Shown: positions 12,968 through 25,934 of the stretch, one piece after another
Layout: each line of letters opens with the position of its first letter
Numbering within the stretch: the stretch's first letter is position 1
NCBI RefSeq assembly: GCF_006345805.1
Contig: NC_043000.1
Span: 27,528,001-27,592,000 of the forward strand
Source: Octopus sinensis
Taxonomy: Eukaryota
Direction of reading: 5' to 3'
Length of the DNA: 64,000 bases
The notes under the pieces: model-generated
Databases searched by the model: none
What the model saw: only the letters and a program-made list of their open reading frames with translations
Told to the model about the DNA's origin: nothing
Program-made: the position numbers and the translations under genes

Positions 12968-13795
12968 ACATAGAAAAAATACGAGCAAGAGAGATAATAT
13001 TCTTAATATTATAAACCTGGAAAATTACAGGGCAACTTATTACATCTTGTAAAATACAGAACTAGAAATTTTTTACTTAAAATATTGCAGCTAAGTATTA
13101 AATTTCAAATAAAATATTTAGATTTAGAAAATATTAGCTTTTATTAAAACTAAAAATTTTATTACAAGTTATTATTTCTATTTTTATTGCTTGTGAAAAA
13201 TTACAAAAATAAATAACTCAAAACGAATTTTGCACTTTAAAAATATTCATTTTTGAAATTATTTATGAATGATTAGCAATTTGAAAATTGTTATAAAATA
13301 TAATAGTAGCACAAAATTACAATAAATAGAATAATACAAAAATTAGTTATATAATACAGTAAAATCTACCTATAACAACAAATTCACTGTAAAATTTGCT
13401 TGAGTTATTGCCAATTCTGCACATTTTTAGTCTTGAATCAGTCACTAATTTTTACATAATGTATTTGCCTACCATATTTAACTATTTTATTTTGCATAAA
13501 ACTTTAGCTATATTGATACTTCTGGCTCTCATTTTTAAAATGTTCTAGTGTTTCAATATTTTAACAATATGATGGCACCCTTTTACATTATAATGTTACT
13601 TTCTAAATTAAAATAAAATCGTTTTTAATATTCAAATTTCATCCTTAGCTGCAATATTTTAAGTAAAAATGTTCTTGTTCTGTACTTTACCAAATGTAAT
13701 AAGTTGTCCCGAACTTTTCCAGGTGTAATAACTTCTGTAATTTTCCAGGTTTATTATCTTAAGAATATTATTTCTCTTGCTCGCATTTTTCCATA
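12968..13795. mobile_element. Fold-back/MITE-like element with ~170-195 bp imperfect inverted arms
   Basis: gaaaaaatacgagcaagagataatattctt...cttaaaatattgcagctaag (12972-13080) is the reverse complement of 13640-13790. TA dinucleotides lie at the apparent ends. Confidence 0.7.
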
Positions 13796-14306
13796 TAATC
13801 CATGTTTTTTGCAGGCTATGCTATTATGCTAATTAATAATCTGTCAAATGTGTCAATAGTAGTGTCCTTGATAATTTTTTCCTTACTTCAATGACACCGG
13901 AGACGTATATCAAAGTCCCCTAATAGAACTATATTCATAAAAAGTATAGAATTATATTATCACCCTCAAGTTTGAGAAACGATCACTCATAACTTCTTTT
14001 CTTTTAAAGTTCATTCACTAAGATTGATACCTTGAAATTCTTCGAATCGAGCTGTATCATTTAAGCTTAATTAAAAAATTTGTTTTTAAAATAAAAAATA
14101 GTTAAATATACTTAAGTCCAATATTTTAACTCACATTTTTTCATGATATTTTACATCAAAACTTTTTTGATACAAATTTATGTTGCATGGAACCAAAACT
14201 GTGAAATTCCTCATGCTTTCGCCTATCATTGAAGCTAACATAAATATATTATGCTTTAAAAAAAAGAAGTTATTTAGATCTAAACTTCATTGACGGCGTT
14301 ACTTAC

Positions 14307-14321
14307 TCTCATATAACGTTG
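14307..14321 (-). CDS. Candidate 15-nt micro-exon, phase 1-1 (ATLYE)
   Basis: tatcaacatttgtag|CAACGTTATATGAGA|gtaagt. Strong donor, good acceptor, unique flanks. Confidence 0.35.
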
Positions 14322-15347
14322 CTACAAATGTTGATATAAACTAGTTTCTACAGGATCAAATCTCAATTCATTATGCCAAAATGTAGCTAGGGTCCAGTCG
14401 TCTTCAAAAATGTTAACAGGTTTCAATTTGGTTAAGAAGAGAATTAGCGACAAGGTCTGAAAGATACTGCGTGTGAGTAAATTGCGGACTTAAAAATATT
14501 ATTCAACTACTACCGTATTTCAATGATAAATATATTTCTTCGTTTCTTTTTTAATTTACTCATTTATGAATGAAGTGTAAATTGAGAGAATATACATCAA
14601 ATATGGCATGATTTTCGAGTGACTCAACATGAAGCAACAACATCAACACATTGAAAAGAAGAAGATATAAGAAGCAACGATGAATTAGAAACAAAGCGTT
14701 GGACATGAAAGTAAAACTGGAGATACTAAAATTCAACGATAAAAATAATCTACTTTAAGAACCAAATATGCGAAAATTAATAAGGAAGAAAGAAGACTCA
14801 CTAAGCGTAATTAAAAGTACTTGAATAACATTGCGGATAAAAATGAAGCACAAACAAATAGTGGGGAAATATCACATTAGCTTATCTATTAAATATGGGC
14901 ACGTGATAAAAAAGAGAAAAACAAGCGGTATCTAGTACAGGTGTTTACTAATGATAGAGTAATAAAGAATCCTTAGAATGAACGATTTGAAGTAGTGTCA
15001 CATATAATAATTCCACAAAATGAAGAAAGTACTGAAATACTACCCTCCCCAGCAGATCAGGTTTGGAATAGTGAAAGCAGATAAATTTCAGTTGCTGAGA
15101 TCTAAAGGGATATGAAGTTATTTATTAAAGATTTATCTATTGTTTGTGGTTGAGGGAGACGCACTCAAAGTTTTAAAGGCTGCAAAAATCCTAACAGCAA
15201 TTTTTGTCGCTACAGCTGTTTAATTACTTCCAAAGAGCAGGTGAGATTCCCATTACACTTTTACTCTTTTATCTGTTTCAGTCATTTGACTGCCAACATG
15301 CTGGGCACACAAACATACACAGACACACAAACATATACATACATTAC

Positions 15348-15435
<88 letters not shown>

Positions 15436-15462
15436 CATATGTATATATATATATATACATGT

Positions 15463-15509
<47 letters not shown>

Positions 15510-16011
15510 CATATATATATATATATTATATATATATTGACTCCAAAAGAATGAAAGACGAAGATCATGGTGAATGTAACCGTCGGTACTATATATGTTG
15601 TGTTTTGTTAATTATATGAGGGAGAAATTTTGAGGGACTTTGAAGAATGCAATATGCTGAAAATAAGATCATAGGAAACAGATTATTTTGACAAGTTGAC
15701 AATGAATAAGATATCAAGTAGAATTCAATTAACATACGGAAGATTAAGAAAAGTTGGAAGCGAGGTCTTGCCTAGGTATTGGCTGCTCGAGAAGTGAATG
15801 GCGACTATAATTTATTTACCAATCCATGCAAGTGCAGGAGAAGACTAGAAATTTTAAAAATCCACTGATCCTTTGAAATATTTTAGAACTACAGTATGTA
15901 GTTTGGTGAAAGAATTTAAAATATCCAGAACAATCAATGACTAAATTAATAATTATATGGAAGGACAATTGTCTTTTAACACATACCAACTTCAAGATTT
16001 AGATATTAGTA

Positions 16012-16537
16012 TTGGGTTGTCCGGAAAGTTCGTGCCGATTTATAGTAGCTTAACTTTCGACTTATTTTAGAACATGGTTGAGTCCATAAAATAGGATGTG
16101 ACTACACCCACATTTAGAGAGCAGCTTAAGCTATCTTTTCGTGGAAGAAGGTTTATGTTCCTATAACCTGTGTTAATTCGGTAACCCTTTAAAATGGAAG
16201 TTAAGAAAGTTCCCTTTCGGCACTTGTTTCTTTGGGAACCAAACAAAAATTGCTGCAGCTTGGCTGGGATGTGTTACCCACCCTCCATATTCACCAGATA
16301 TTGCTCCTTCGGATTTCCACTTATTCAGGTCTCTGCCGAATAGTCATAATGGTAAAAATTTCAATTCCTTCGATGACGTAAAAAGAGTCCTTGATGAATT
16401 CTTTGCCATGAAACCATCTCAATTCTGGGAAGAGGGTATTTTCAAGTTAAAGGAAAGATGGAGACGCATTGTGCAAAAAAATGGTTCATATTTGGTTGAT
16501 TAAAAATGTAATGGCACGAACTTTCCGGGCAACCCAA
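16012..16537 (+). mobile_element. Internally deleted mariner with intact TIRs and TA target duplication
   Basis: TA|ttgggttgtccggaaagttcgtgcc ... ggcacgaactttccgggcaacccaa|TA. Retains start MEVKKVPFRH and an uninterrupted C-terminus KLLQLGWDVLPTPPYSPDIAPSDFHLFRSL...KNGSYLVD*. Confidence 0.92.
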
Positions 16538-17214
16538 TATAATGGGAATCAAATGACAACAGCATGTGACCTACAAGAGCGAGGTTGATGGTTAATGTAA
16601 CATCACTTGATGACTTAAAATATTGCTACGCCGATAATGGTAAAGGTACATCAAAACAAGGTGAGACAAGTGGTCTTGTTTGAGATACGCTCATTTGGAA
16701 TGGCATGGTAGGAACGAATTAGAGAGAATAACGTTACACATGAGACGCAACGAAGTGATAGTGTTGAAGAATATTAGGATGTTTTATAAAAAGTGTCGCA
16801 AGATTGGTAAATATACGGAAAGACCACTAACGCATTAAACATTAAAAAAACGCGAGTGGATTGTATTAACACGCGAATTATGTGCGTGGGTGTATGTTTG
16901 TGCGTGTGTGTATGTGTGTGTGTTTGAGAGAGAGGGAGAGAGAGAGAGAGTGCTATATCATGTCAAAGCTCGGTGCACTGTTGCGCAAATCTCGGTGCAC
17001 TGTTTTTATAACTTTGTAAACTGGAATACTTGCAAGGTAATGAATATTATTACGTAGTTTTTATTACTTGAGGTTAAATGCAATGACAAAGCGGAAATAT
17101 AAGCATTTATGCATGTATGTATATGTGTATGTATGTATGTATCTATCTATCTATTATTCCTCACATATACATATATACATAATGCTTGTATACGTATATA
17201 TTCTTTGTTCTTCT

Positions 17215-17425
17215 TCTTTTATTTGTTTCAATCATTTAAATGCGGCCATGTCTGAGCACCGCTTTTAGTCGAACAAATCGACCGCAGGACGTATCCTTTG
17301 TAAGCCTATTACTTGTTCTATCGGTCTCTTTTGCCGAACTACTAAGTTATGAGGACGTAAACACACCAGCATCGGATGCCAAGCGATTGTGCGGACAAGT
17401 ACAGAGATATAAACATACACACACA
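17215..17425 (-). mobile_element. Nin/Deu-like SINE 3' half
   Basis: Homologous to 33300-33500. Confidence 0.8.
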
Positions 17426-17495
17426 GACGCGCATACACAACACACACACATATATATATATATATACATATATATATATCTATGTATCTATACAC

Positions 17496-17541
<46 letters not shown>

Positions 17542-17589
17542 ATATAAATAATATATAAATATATGCATATATACATAGATATATGTACA

Positions 17590-17800
17590 TATCTACATAT
17601 ATATTTATATATACATGTATATATGTGCACAGGACATAAAAAAACGTTGAACTCAATGAGAAACAAAAGTATAACAATAACAAAAACATGGAAAGCGAAC
17701 TTTTTTTCGAACAACGAAAAAACAAAGAGAGAAACGAAACATACAGCATAAAGAATATTCCCCTTCTTCAGTTGTACCTGATTCATCTACTCCGCGTCCC
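17590..17800 (-). repeat. Dispersed repeat (probable Penelope-type terminal fragment)
   Basis: cgcggagtagatgaa...caactga.gaa.ggaatat.cttta.g is homologous to 27120-27300 in opposite orientation. Confidence 0.6.
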
Positions 17801-17979
17801 GAAGGCAAGAATATATATATAAAACTGAATTTACCCTAAGTTCTATGTTTGTCCTGTACCTTATAACTAGAAATACTGCCAAGTTAAGTAGTTACTTCAC
17901 CACTGTACTGGAAGCAGACTGTACTATTATAATTCACCTCTGGTTCTAAACATAAACTTGCTCTCGTATTGTAAACACA

Positions 17980-18010
<31 letters not shown>

Positions 18011-18014
<4 letters not shown>

Positions 18015-18135
18015 CCTGCTCACTTAGCCAGCGGTGTGGCGTCATTCGAAGGTTAAAACAATGAGAACGCATTGTGACCAGCGATGTCTAACTATATCTG
18101 ATGGACTGGCCGGTCACGGGATCACGTGATCACGT
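18011..18135 (+). repeat. Dispersed SINE-like repeat fragment
   Basis: ttggcctgctc.cttagccagcgg..tggcgtcatt.gaagg.taaaacaatg is the reverse complement of 56398-56525. Confidence 0.7.
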
Positions 18136-18136
18136 G

Positions 18137-18175
<39 letters not shown>

Positions 18176-18841
18176 TAGATACATACATACATACATACAT
18201 ACATACATACATACATACATACATACATACATACATGCATATACACACACCCATAAGAGCCTCTAATACTTTCATGCTATTATGGTACTTGAGTAGGTAT
18301 ATTTATAAAATACGCCATGTGTCTTAAAGCAATGTTTCAGGCTCTGAGCTTGCGTTTTGTATGTATGTATGTGTATGCAAATAGTCGTCGATGATGATGA
18401 TGATCATGATGATGATCATGATGATGATGATCATGATCATCATTATTATGATGATCATGATCATGATCACAATTGCTCCATCTTCATAGATGATTGTGGT
18501 CTTCTTGTGCTAACTCATTGCCAATAGCATTTCTGTTTTTCTGTCTAATAGTAAAACGATACAAACAGAAAATACACGAGTGGGAAAAGAGGGCCTGAGT
18601 TATTGAAGACATTCAATAGCATAAAGATATGATTAAGTTGTGCAATATTCAGATTTGATATGACGTATCCTGACAGGCCTCTCTGTTTTTGTGAATTCAC
18701 ATGAATTCACAATGCTCCCTGAAAATAATTATTGCCCTTAACAACATTTCTGTTCTTAATATATTTTTTGCTACCACTTTCGAAGGTTACACATTGAATT
18801 CGATAAATCAGTTTAATAATTGTAATGTTCATTAATTTTCA

Positions 18842-18876
<35 letters not shown>

Positions 18877-19336
18877 CCACACACACACACATACACACAC
18901 GCAAACACACCCTCATATACAACACTCACAACGCTCACACAAACACACGTGCACACGCGTACTCATGTATGCACACGCACACACACGCACACGCACAATC
19001 ACGCGAAATTTACTCCACATTTTATCTTTAACACTAGTAACTATTTCGTAAATAATGCTTTTCAATATTCTCCATTGTCTGAAAAGCCCTATGTAGCGAA
19101 ACTTCCACGTAAATTTTGCTTTAGAAATTATTTACATCTTCTAACTTAAATATATGTGCGCATATACCTATAGCTAATTATATACATATATCTAGAGCAA
19201 CATCTATATCTACCAACCCCACTCTCTCTCTGTATTTCTTTGTTACCTGTAGTTATTTTGTTGTTTAGTTATTTCTTCACCTTCCAAAGCTATGTCGGTC
19301 TGTCACACACATAAATTTATGTATCCACAGATTAAT

Positions 19337-19391
<55 letters not shown>

Positions 19392-19394
19392 ACG

Positions 19395-19527
19395 TGACCG
19401 GAGCGTCGCGGAGCTTTTAGGTGTTTTCGCTCAATAAACACTCACAACGCCCGTTCTGGAAATCGAAACCGCGATCCTGCGACCGCGAGTCCGCTGCCCT
19501 AACCACTGGGCCATTGCGCATCCACAC
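19395..19527 (-). mobile_element. tRNA-derived SINE 5' part (third family)
   Basis: gcgcaatggcccagtggttagggcagcggactcgcggtcgcaggatcgcggtttcgatt contains A/B box-like motifs. Same family as 36002, 38150 and 61670. Confidence 0.8.
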
Positions 19528-19529
19528 AT

Positions 19530-19740
19530 ATATAATAAAATAAACGGAAAAAAAGACAACAGAAAACAACTCGAGGACGTGGTACATGCAAATTATTAAT
19601 AAGACACTCAGAAAAGGAAAGTAACAGTGGTTGCTTTACGTTTCGAGCAAAGCTCTTCTTCGGAAACTGGAGACGTATAAAAGTCCAAAAGAAAAGGAAG
19701 AAAGAGGAGAAAATTGCCAACAGTTCACGTGTAGTTACCT
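19530..19740 (-). repeat. Penelope-type terminal repeat with hammerhead-like motif (CCGAAGA core)
   Basis: Reverse of 19633-19667 reads GTTT-CCGAAGA-A-GAGC-ttt-GCTC-GAAA-C-GTA-AAGC. Confidence 0.65.
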
Positions 19741-19890
19741 TTATATGTGTGTTTGTGTGCTTGTATGTAAGTGTGAATGTGTGTGAGGGCAATACTAAGT
19801 GGGCAAAGAGCCCATTGTGTGAATGAGAAGTATTTTAAATATATATATATATATATATATCTATATATATGCGTGTATATATATATATAT

Positions 19891-20454
19891 CAGTATATGT
19901 GTATGCATGAGCATACATATCTTGTACGTGGATACGTGCTGCATGTATTGGTATATAAATATGTGTGTATAAGTGTGAATAGCTGTCTCTGTGTGATTGC
20001 GCTTATTGTGTACATTAACAAATGCTTGCCATGTTGACTCGTATGATTTCACAGTTGGGATTTCAACATCCAGTTTACAAAATAATAATGTCGAAATGAA
20101 TGCACCTGTTGCTGTCAGCACAACAAAATTAATTACTGGGATGTACATCAAACTCATTTTCTTTCTCACCACAGAATATCTAGCTATGAGAGGTTTCTTT
20201 TGTCAACGAAAGACAACATGTTATTTTCTTGATCGGCAATAGTAGCCAGGGAAAACAGTCAGATGCAATATAATTCCACTTTACATACTGATGCTGAAGA
20301 ATAGGAAACTGTTTTATACAAAACTAAGGCTGCATAAACATGTCTGTTAATGTGTAGTTTTTATAAGAACAAATCAATAGGAAAACTGTCTACCTATATA
20401 CGCGAGCAAAATAGATGTATATGTATGTGAGTGTGAGCAGGAGCATGCGCCTAT

Positions 20455-20524
<70 letters not shown>

Positions 20525-21090
20525 TATATGTGTATGCATGAGCATACATATCTTGTACGTGGATACGTGCTGCATGTATTGGTATATAAATATGTGTGTA
20601 TAAGTGTGAATAGCTGTCTCTGTGTGATTGCGCTTATTGTGTACATTAACAAATGCTTGCCATGTTGACTCGTATGATTTCACAGTTGGGATTTCAACAT
20701 CCAGTTTACAAAATAATAATGTCGAAATGAATGCACCTGTTGCTGTCAGCACAACAAAATTAATTACTGGGATGTACATCAAACTCATTTTCTTTCTCAC
20801 CACAGAATATCTAGCTATGAGAGGTTTCTTTTGTCAACGAAAGACAACATGTTATTTTCTTGATCGGCAATAGTAGCCAGGAAAACAGTCAGATGCAATA
20901 TAATTCCACTTTACATACTGATGCTGAAGAATAGGAAACTGTTTTATACAAAACTAAGGCTGCATAAACATGTCTGTTAATGTGTAGTTTTTATAAGAAC
21001 AAATCAATAGGAAAACTGTCTACCTATATACGCGAGCAAAATAGATGTATATGTATGTGAGTGTGAGCAGGAGCATGCGCCTATATATAT
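19891..21090. repeat. Near-identical tandem duplication, ~570-bp unique unit, period 631 bp
   Basis: 19891-20460 equals 20522-21090 apart from a 1-nt indel seen by eye. The ORF track repeats identical peptides at offset 631. Confidence 0.95.
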
Positions 21091-21309
21091 ATATATATAT
21101 ATATATACGCATATATTTGTATCTACATATACATGTATATATGTATGTGTGCGTATGAATATGTGTATGCATGTGTGTCTATACATGTGTGTGCATGTAT
21201 GTGTCTATGTATGTATCTATGTAGGTGTATGTATGTTTGTGTGTATATGTATGTACGCATGTATGTGACTATGTGACTATGTGTGTATGCGTGTGTGTAT
21301 GTATAGATA

Positions 21310-21335
21310 GATAAACTGACAGATAGATAGTTAGT

Positions 21336-21399
<64 letters not shown>

Positions 21400-21462
21400 A
21401 GATAGATAGATAGAGAGGTAGGTAGATAGATAGAGAGGTATGTAGGTAGATAGAGAGATAGG

Positions 21463-21530
<68 letters not shown>

Positions 21531-21612
21531 GAGGTAGATAGATAGAGAGAGAGAGAGAGGTAGGTAGGTAGATAGATATGTAGATATATAGATTGATAGA
21601 TAGGTAGGTAGG

Positions 21613-21710
<98 letters not shown>
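21310..21710. repeat. ~400-bp (GATA)n tract
   Basis: Direct reading. It follows, on the minus strand, a retroelement-like 3' end at 21712-21785 (gccctgtgtggccaataaagaaac). Confidence 0.95.
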
Positions 21711-21711
<1 letters not shown>

Positions 21712-22133
21712 GTTTCTTTATTGGCCACACAGGGCTGCACACAGATGGGACAAGTTACAAGGTAGAGCTTTTCTTTTGGGGGCTGAAAAAAACAAAAAAG
21801 AAAAAAAAAGGGGGTGGCGTAGGTTTTCGATCAAGAGGGATCGTAAAAGGGAAGAAAAGAACAAAAAAAAAAAATAAATATAAAAAATAAAAAGAATAAA
21901 AAGAAAAAAAAGTAAAGGAAAAGGAACAAAAGAAAAGAGAAATGAAAAAAGAAGAAGAAAGGGGAAAAAAAGGGGAAGGAGATATATAGATAGATAGATG
22001 TATTATTCTTTTACTAGGCAAAGCTATACAGTAGCTTCGAAGTTTTGGCCCTCCTCGTGTTCGGCAATCTAAGAATGGCGAGCATGATGAAACTTAGTGG
22101 TCAAAGACAGTTTTCTTGATAAAAGTTTCATAC

Positions 22134-22148
22134 CTGTGTAGTCAGCAT
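22134..22148 (-). CDS. Candidate 15-nt micro-exon, phase 1-1 (xADYT)
   Basis: ttcttgacctttcatttag|ATGCTGACTACACAG|gtatga. Strong acceptor and donor. Confidence 0.4.
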
Positions 22149-22439
22149 CTAAATGAAAGGTCAAGAATATCATAACCGGAGAGATAAATATCTTGAGCAT
22201 CATTCGAAAGAGTAGTGAACAACGAAGAGATCCAAGCTTGACTTGTAAACTTCTCTTTTTGTCTTACTCCCTATTTTGTTTTCCCTTACCACTACATAAA
22301 GATATACTAGTGAGAAAAATGAAGAGACATTTCTGGGAATGATGACTATAGATTTAGATTTAACAGATCGATTAACCGTCAGAGCCGCATCTATGTTGGA
22401 CCTTTGTTTTTGTATGTAACGGAGGAGAACCATGTTAAT

Positions 22440-23740
22440 TCATAAATGGTTACAGTAAGCTACAGTTTATAATCGAAAGGATTAACTGAAGCATTCTATT
22501 ACATAAACAGTACTATGAGTTCAGTTCTATATTTAAGAGATGAGGTATTATGTACCTTATTTACATTGTTTACATTTGACGGATATTTGTCCTCATCTTG
22601 ACTGTTATTAACAGAACGTTTAGCCTGATATACCTTCCAACCTTCATTACGTGTTCTGGGGAATTTTCGAACCTGGATTCTCATTCCTAAGGTATTTTCG
22701 ATGTTAGTATGGATTCAGGACATCCGTACGCCGCAAGCCGACCTTCACTGGACGATACCTCAACTTCAATTCCCACCATCCATACAGTGTAAAGAGAGGG
22801 ATTGCTCAGTGCCTAAAACATCGAGCAAAGAGTATAAGTAGAGATCGTGATACCCAACACGAAGAAATGATCAAGCTCAGTAACAATCTATTAAGCAACA
22901 ACTACTCCCAAAACATACTGGCCACTACACTTATGAAGAGAGAGGATGAAACCAATAAACTGTCCACAGTCAGTCTACCCTATGTGAAAGGCCTCTCCGA
23001 AAAGATACAAAAGATATGCGGCCTATGTGACATCAGGACAGTATTCAAAAGTAATACAACACTTCGCAAATATCTCCTTCGAGTAAAACCACCAATAGAA
23101 GAGAATATGACCAAAAACTGCATGTACTCCAAACTGCTGTGGTAGGTTATACAAAAAGCAAAACATGCCGCCCCCTCAAAATAAGGGTAGAGGAACATCA
23201 CAAAGCTGTGACATGGGGAGATATTGATAAATTGGGTATAGCTGATCAAGGATGGAAAACTGGAAACCACATACCCCTGTAGGATGAAGTTAAAATAATA
23301 GATAGAGAACACCACTAGAAAATACGAAAACTAAAACAGGAAGACATAAGCTCGGACACAACAATCTTCAAAGCAGACCGAGTGTAGATATGAATAGCAT
23401 ATGGGAACCGGTATTAAGGAAGTATTGAAAAATATTAGATTTATAAGCCCTAAAATTCACTCCCTAATAGACCCACGGGCATATGGCGTAGTGGTTAAGC
23501 GCGCCGGCTACTAACTGCAAGAATTGAATAATATTAATAATAATATTAATAATAATATAATAATAATATTAATAATAATATTAATAATAATATTAATAAT
23601 AATAATAATAATTATTATTATTATTATTATTATTATCATTATTATGAAGGCTGGAAGGTGTATCAGCCGAAACGTTCTGTTAACAACAAGCAAGATGAGA
23701 ACAGATATCTGTCAAATGTAAATTATGTTAAATTGTTCAC
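22440..23740 (+). mobile_element. 5'-truncated Penelope-like element (RT C-terminus + GIY-YIG remnant) with an inverted terminal-repeat copy at its 5' end
   Basis: RKPTFTGRYLNFNSHHPYSVKRGIAQCLKHRA, SLPYVKGLSEKIQKIC, KTCRPLKIRVEEHHKAV. The terminal repeat at 23643-23740 recurs inverted at 22500-22690. Confidence 0.88.
23525..23645. repeat. (AAT)n-(ATT)n self-complementary microsatellite
   Basis: Direct reading. Confidence 0.9.
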
Positions 23741-24049
23741 TTTAACATGAACATCCTGCAACAATGTGGTATGCCAAGCATTGAAGTAGATTTTGAAGAT
23801 GTGGTGTTACATTTTCAGCAAAGCTGGGAACCACCACACAACCATTGTACTATAATGGGCCTACTTTCATGATAACTACCAAACAAGTGGAATGAATAAA
23901 GAGGTTTATCACAATATGTTCCGCGTTCACCGGAAAATATTACACCAATAGACATTTAGTTGGGGATAATTATGAATAAGTTTTAAAAAACAAAACCAGT
24001 CAATTAATTAAGGACAACCATTGAAAGAGAACTTTTATCATTTATCTTT

Positions 24050-24385
24050 TAATTCTTTCGGTCATTAGACTGCGGTCATGCTGGAGCACCGCCTTTAGTC
24101 GAACAAATCGACCTCAGGACTTATTTTTCGTAATCCTAGTACTTATTCTATCGGTCTCTTTTGCCGGACCGCTAATTTATGGAAACGTAAACACACCAAC
24201 ATCGGTATCAAGCTATGGTGGCTGGTCAAACACGGACACACAAACACACACACATACGACGGGCTTCTTTCAGTTTCCGTCTACCAAATCTACTGACAAG
24301 ACTTTGGTCGACCCGAGGTGCCATGCAGTGGTATTGAACCCGGACCCATGTGGTTGAGAAGCAAGCTTCTTACCACACAGCCACT
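24050..24385 (-). mobile_element. Nin/Deu-like SINE, near full length, with an extra tRNA-like head at ~24390-24475
   Basis: Contains gatttggtagacggaaactgaaagaagcccgtcg and the shared 3' half. Homologous to 33291-33770. Confidence 0.85.
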
Positions 24386-24888
24386 CCTACACCTGGACTT
24401 CCAAACCACACGGTTCCGGACTGAACCCGGAATCATTTCATTCAGAAACAAACTTCTTAACACACGGCCGTGCAATTCCCCGGACGGGAACGGTCACTAC
24501 AGCTTAAACAAGACTTCATAAGAATTTTAAACTTTGTCTACACCTTCTATAGATTCTATGAAATTTTCAAACTGAAGTTTATTTTAACAAGCGCTGAATT
24601 TATAATAGAATATTAATTTGTCTATACATTTTTTGCTGCACCCTATATATATATAGGACATAATACAATGACACTCTAAACAACGTAGCACTTTTCTAGT
24701 TGCAAAATTTGTCATGATTTTATTTTTCAACTGCTGAAGATGTATGGTAAGCACTCTTGAAATTCACTCCACTTCTGGTAGTATTGAAAAAAAATTACTT
24801 TTTAATAAATTCTCTCACTCTCATAGCATCTGTTCAACTGTAAGTTTAGAGCAATACATACATATATAAATATATATATATATATATA

Positions 24889-24944
<56 letters not shown>

Positions 24945-25049
24945 TATATATATACACACATATATATATAGATATATATATATATACACACACACATATA
25001 TATATATATATATTTATAAATATTTATATATATATGTATATATACATTC

Positions 25050-25117
<68 letters not shown>

Positions 25118-25275
25118 GTCTATCTATCTATCTATCTATCTATCTATATATATATATATATATATATCGAGAATGTACTGCCGTTGTTCTCCAAATCAAT
25201 AACTATGTAGGATTAGCTAAAACTGATAAGTGTAAAAGCAAAATATTATTACGTTAGTGATGTGATTTAAAACTT

Positions 25276-25324
<49 letters not shown>

Positions 25325-25836
25325 ACACACACATTCACATACATACGCACACGTATGTTCTAGGATAGAAATATTCATATGTCTGTGCGCCAGCATGTGC
25401 GGCTGTTGATGAAGACATAGAGTTTGTGCATGCGTGTGTATGCATGTATGCTTTAGGCTGTGTATATCAAAGTATGTATGTATGTATGTATGTATGTATG
25501 TATGTATTTATGTATGTATGTAAGTATGTATGAATGTATCTATGTATGCATGTATGTATGTGTAGGGAAATTCATGCCCTTCTGCGTATGTAAGAATGCT
25601 TGAATTTATGCATTCTTAGACCGAAGTAGACATTGAAAATACGCATATGAGATCAAATATCTAAATTTTTATCACGCTCAATCTGTCTCTAATTGATCAT
25701 CTTTTCCTTTCTCCCTCTCCCTTTATTCTTTATTTTTCTGGCTTTATGATTTTATCTATAAATCGGAATTAAGTATTCACCTATAACACACATAGACACA
25801 GATCTATGTATGTATGCATGTATGTATGTACGTATG

Positions 25837-25895
<59 letters not shown>

Positions 25896-25934
25896 CACAC
25901 ACACAGGTATACATGCATGAGCACCAGCAGCAAA

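Noticed and set aside
14640-16860. Possible highly decayed RTE LINE remnants near 14640-14900, 15620-15800 and 16690-16860
   Set aside because: Only faint motif resemblance, too degenerate to call by eye.
17850-17950. Additional tiny minus-strand exon candidates (17938-17945 and a 7-nt one near 17860; similar ones near 8391, 24545 and 55400)
   Set aside because: Weaker sites, mutually incompatible spacing or repeat context. They show how often such patterns arise by chance.
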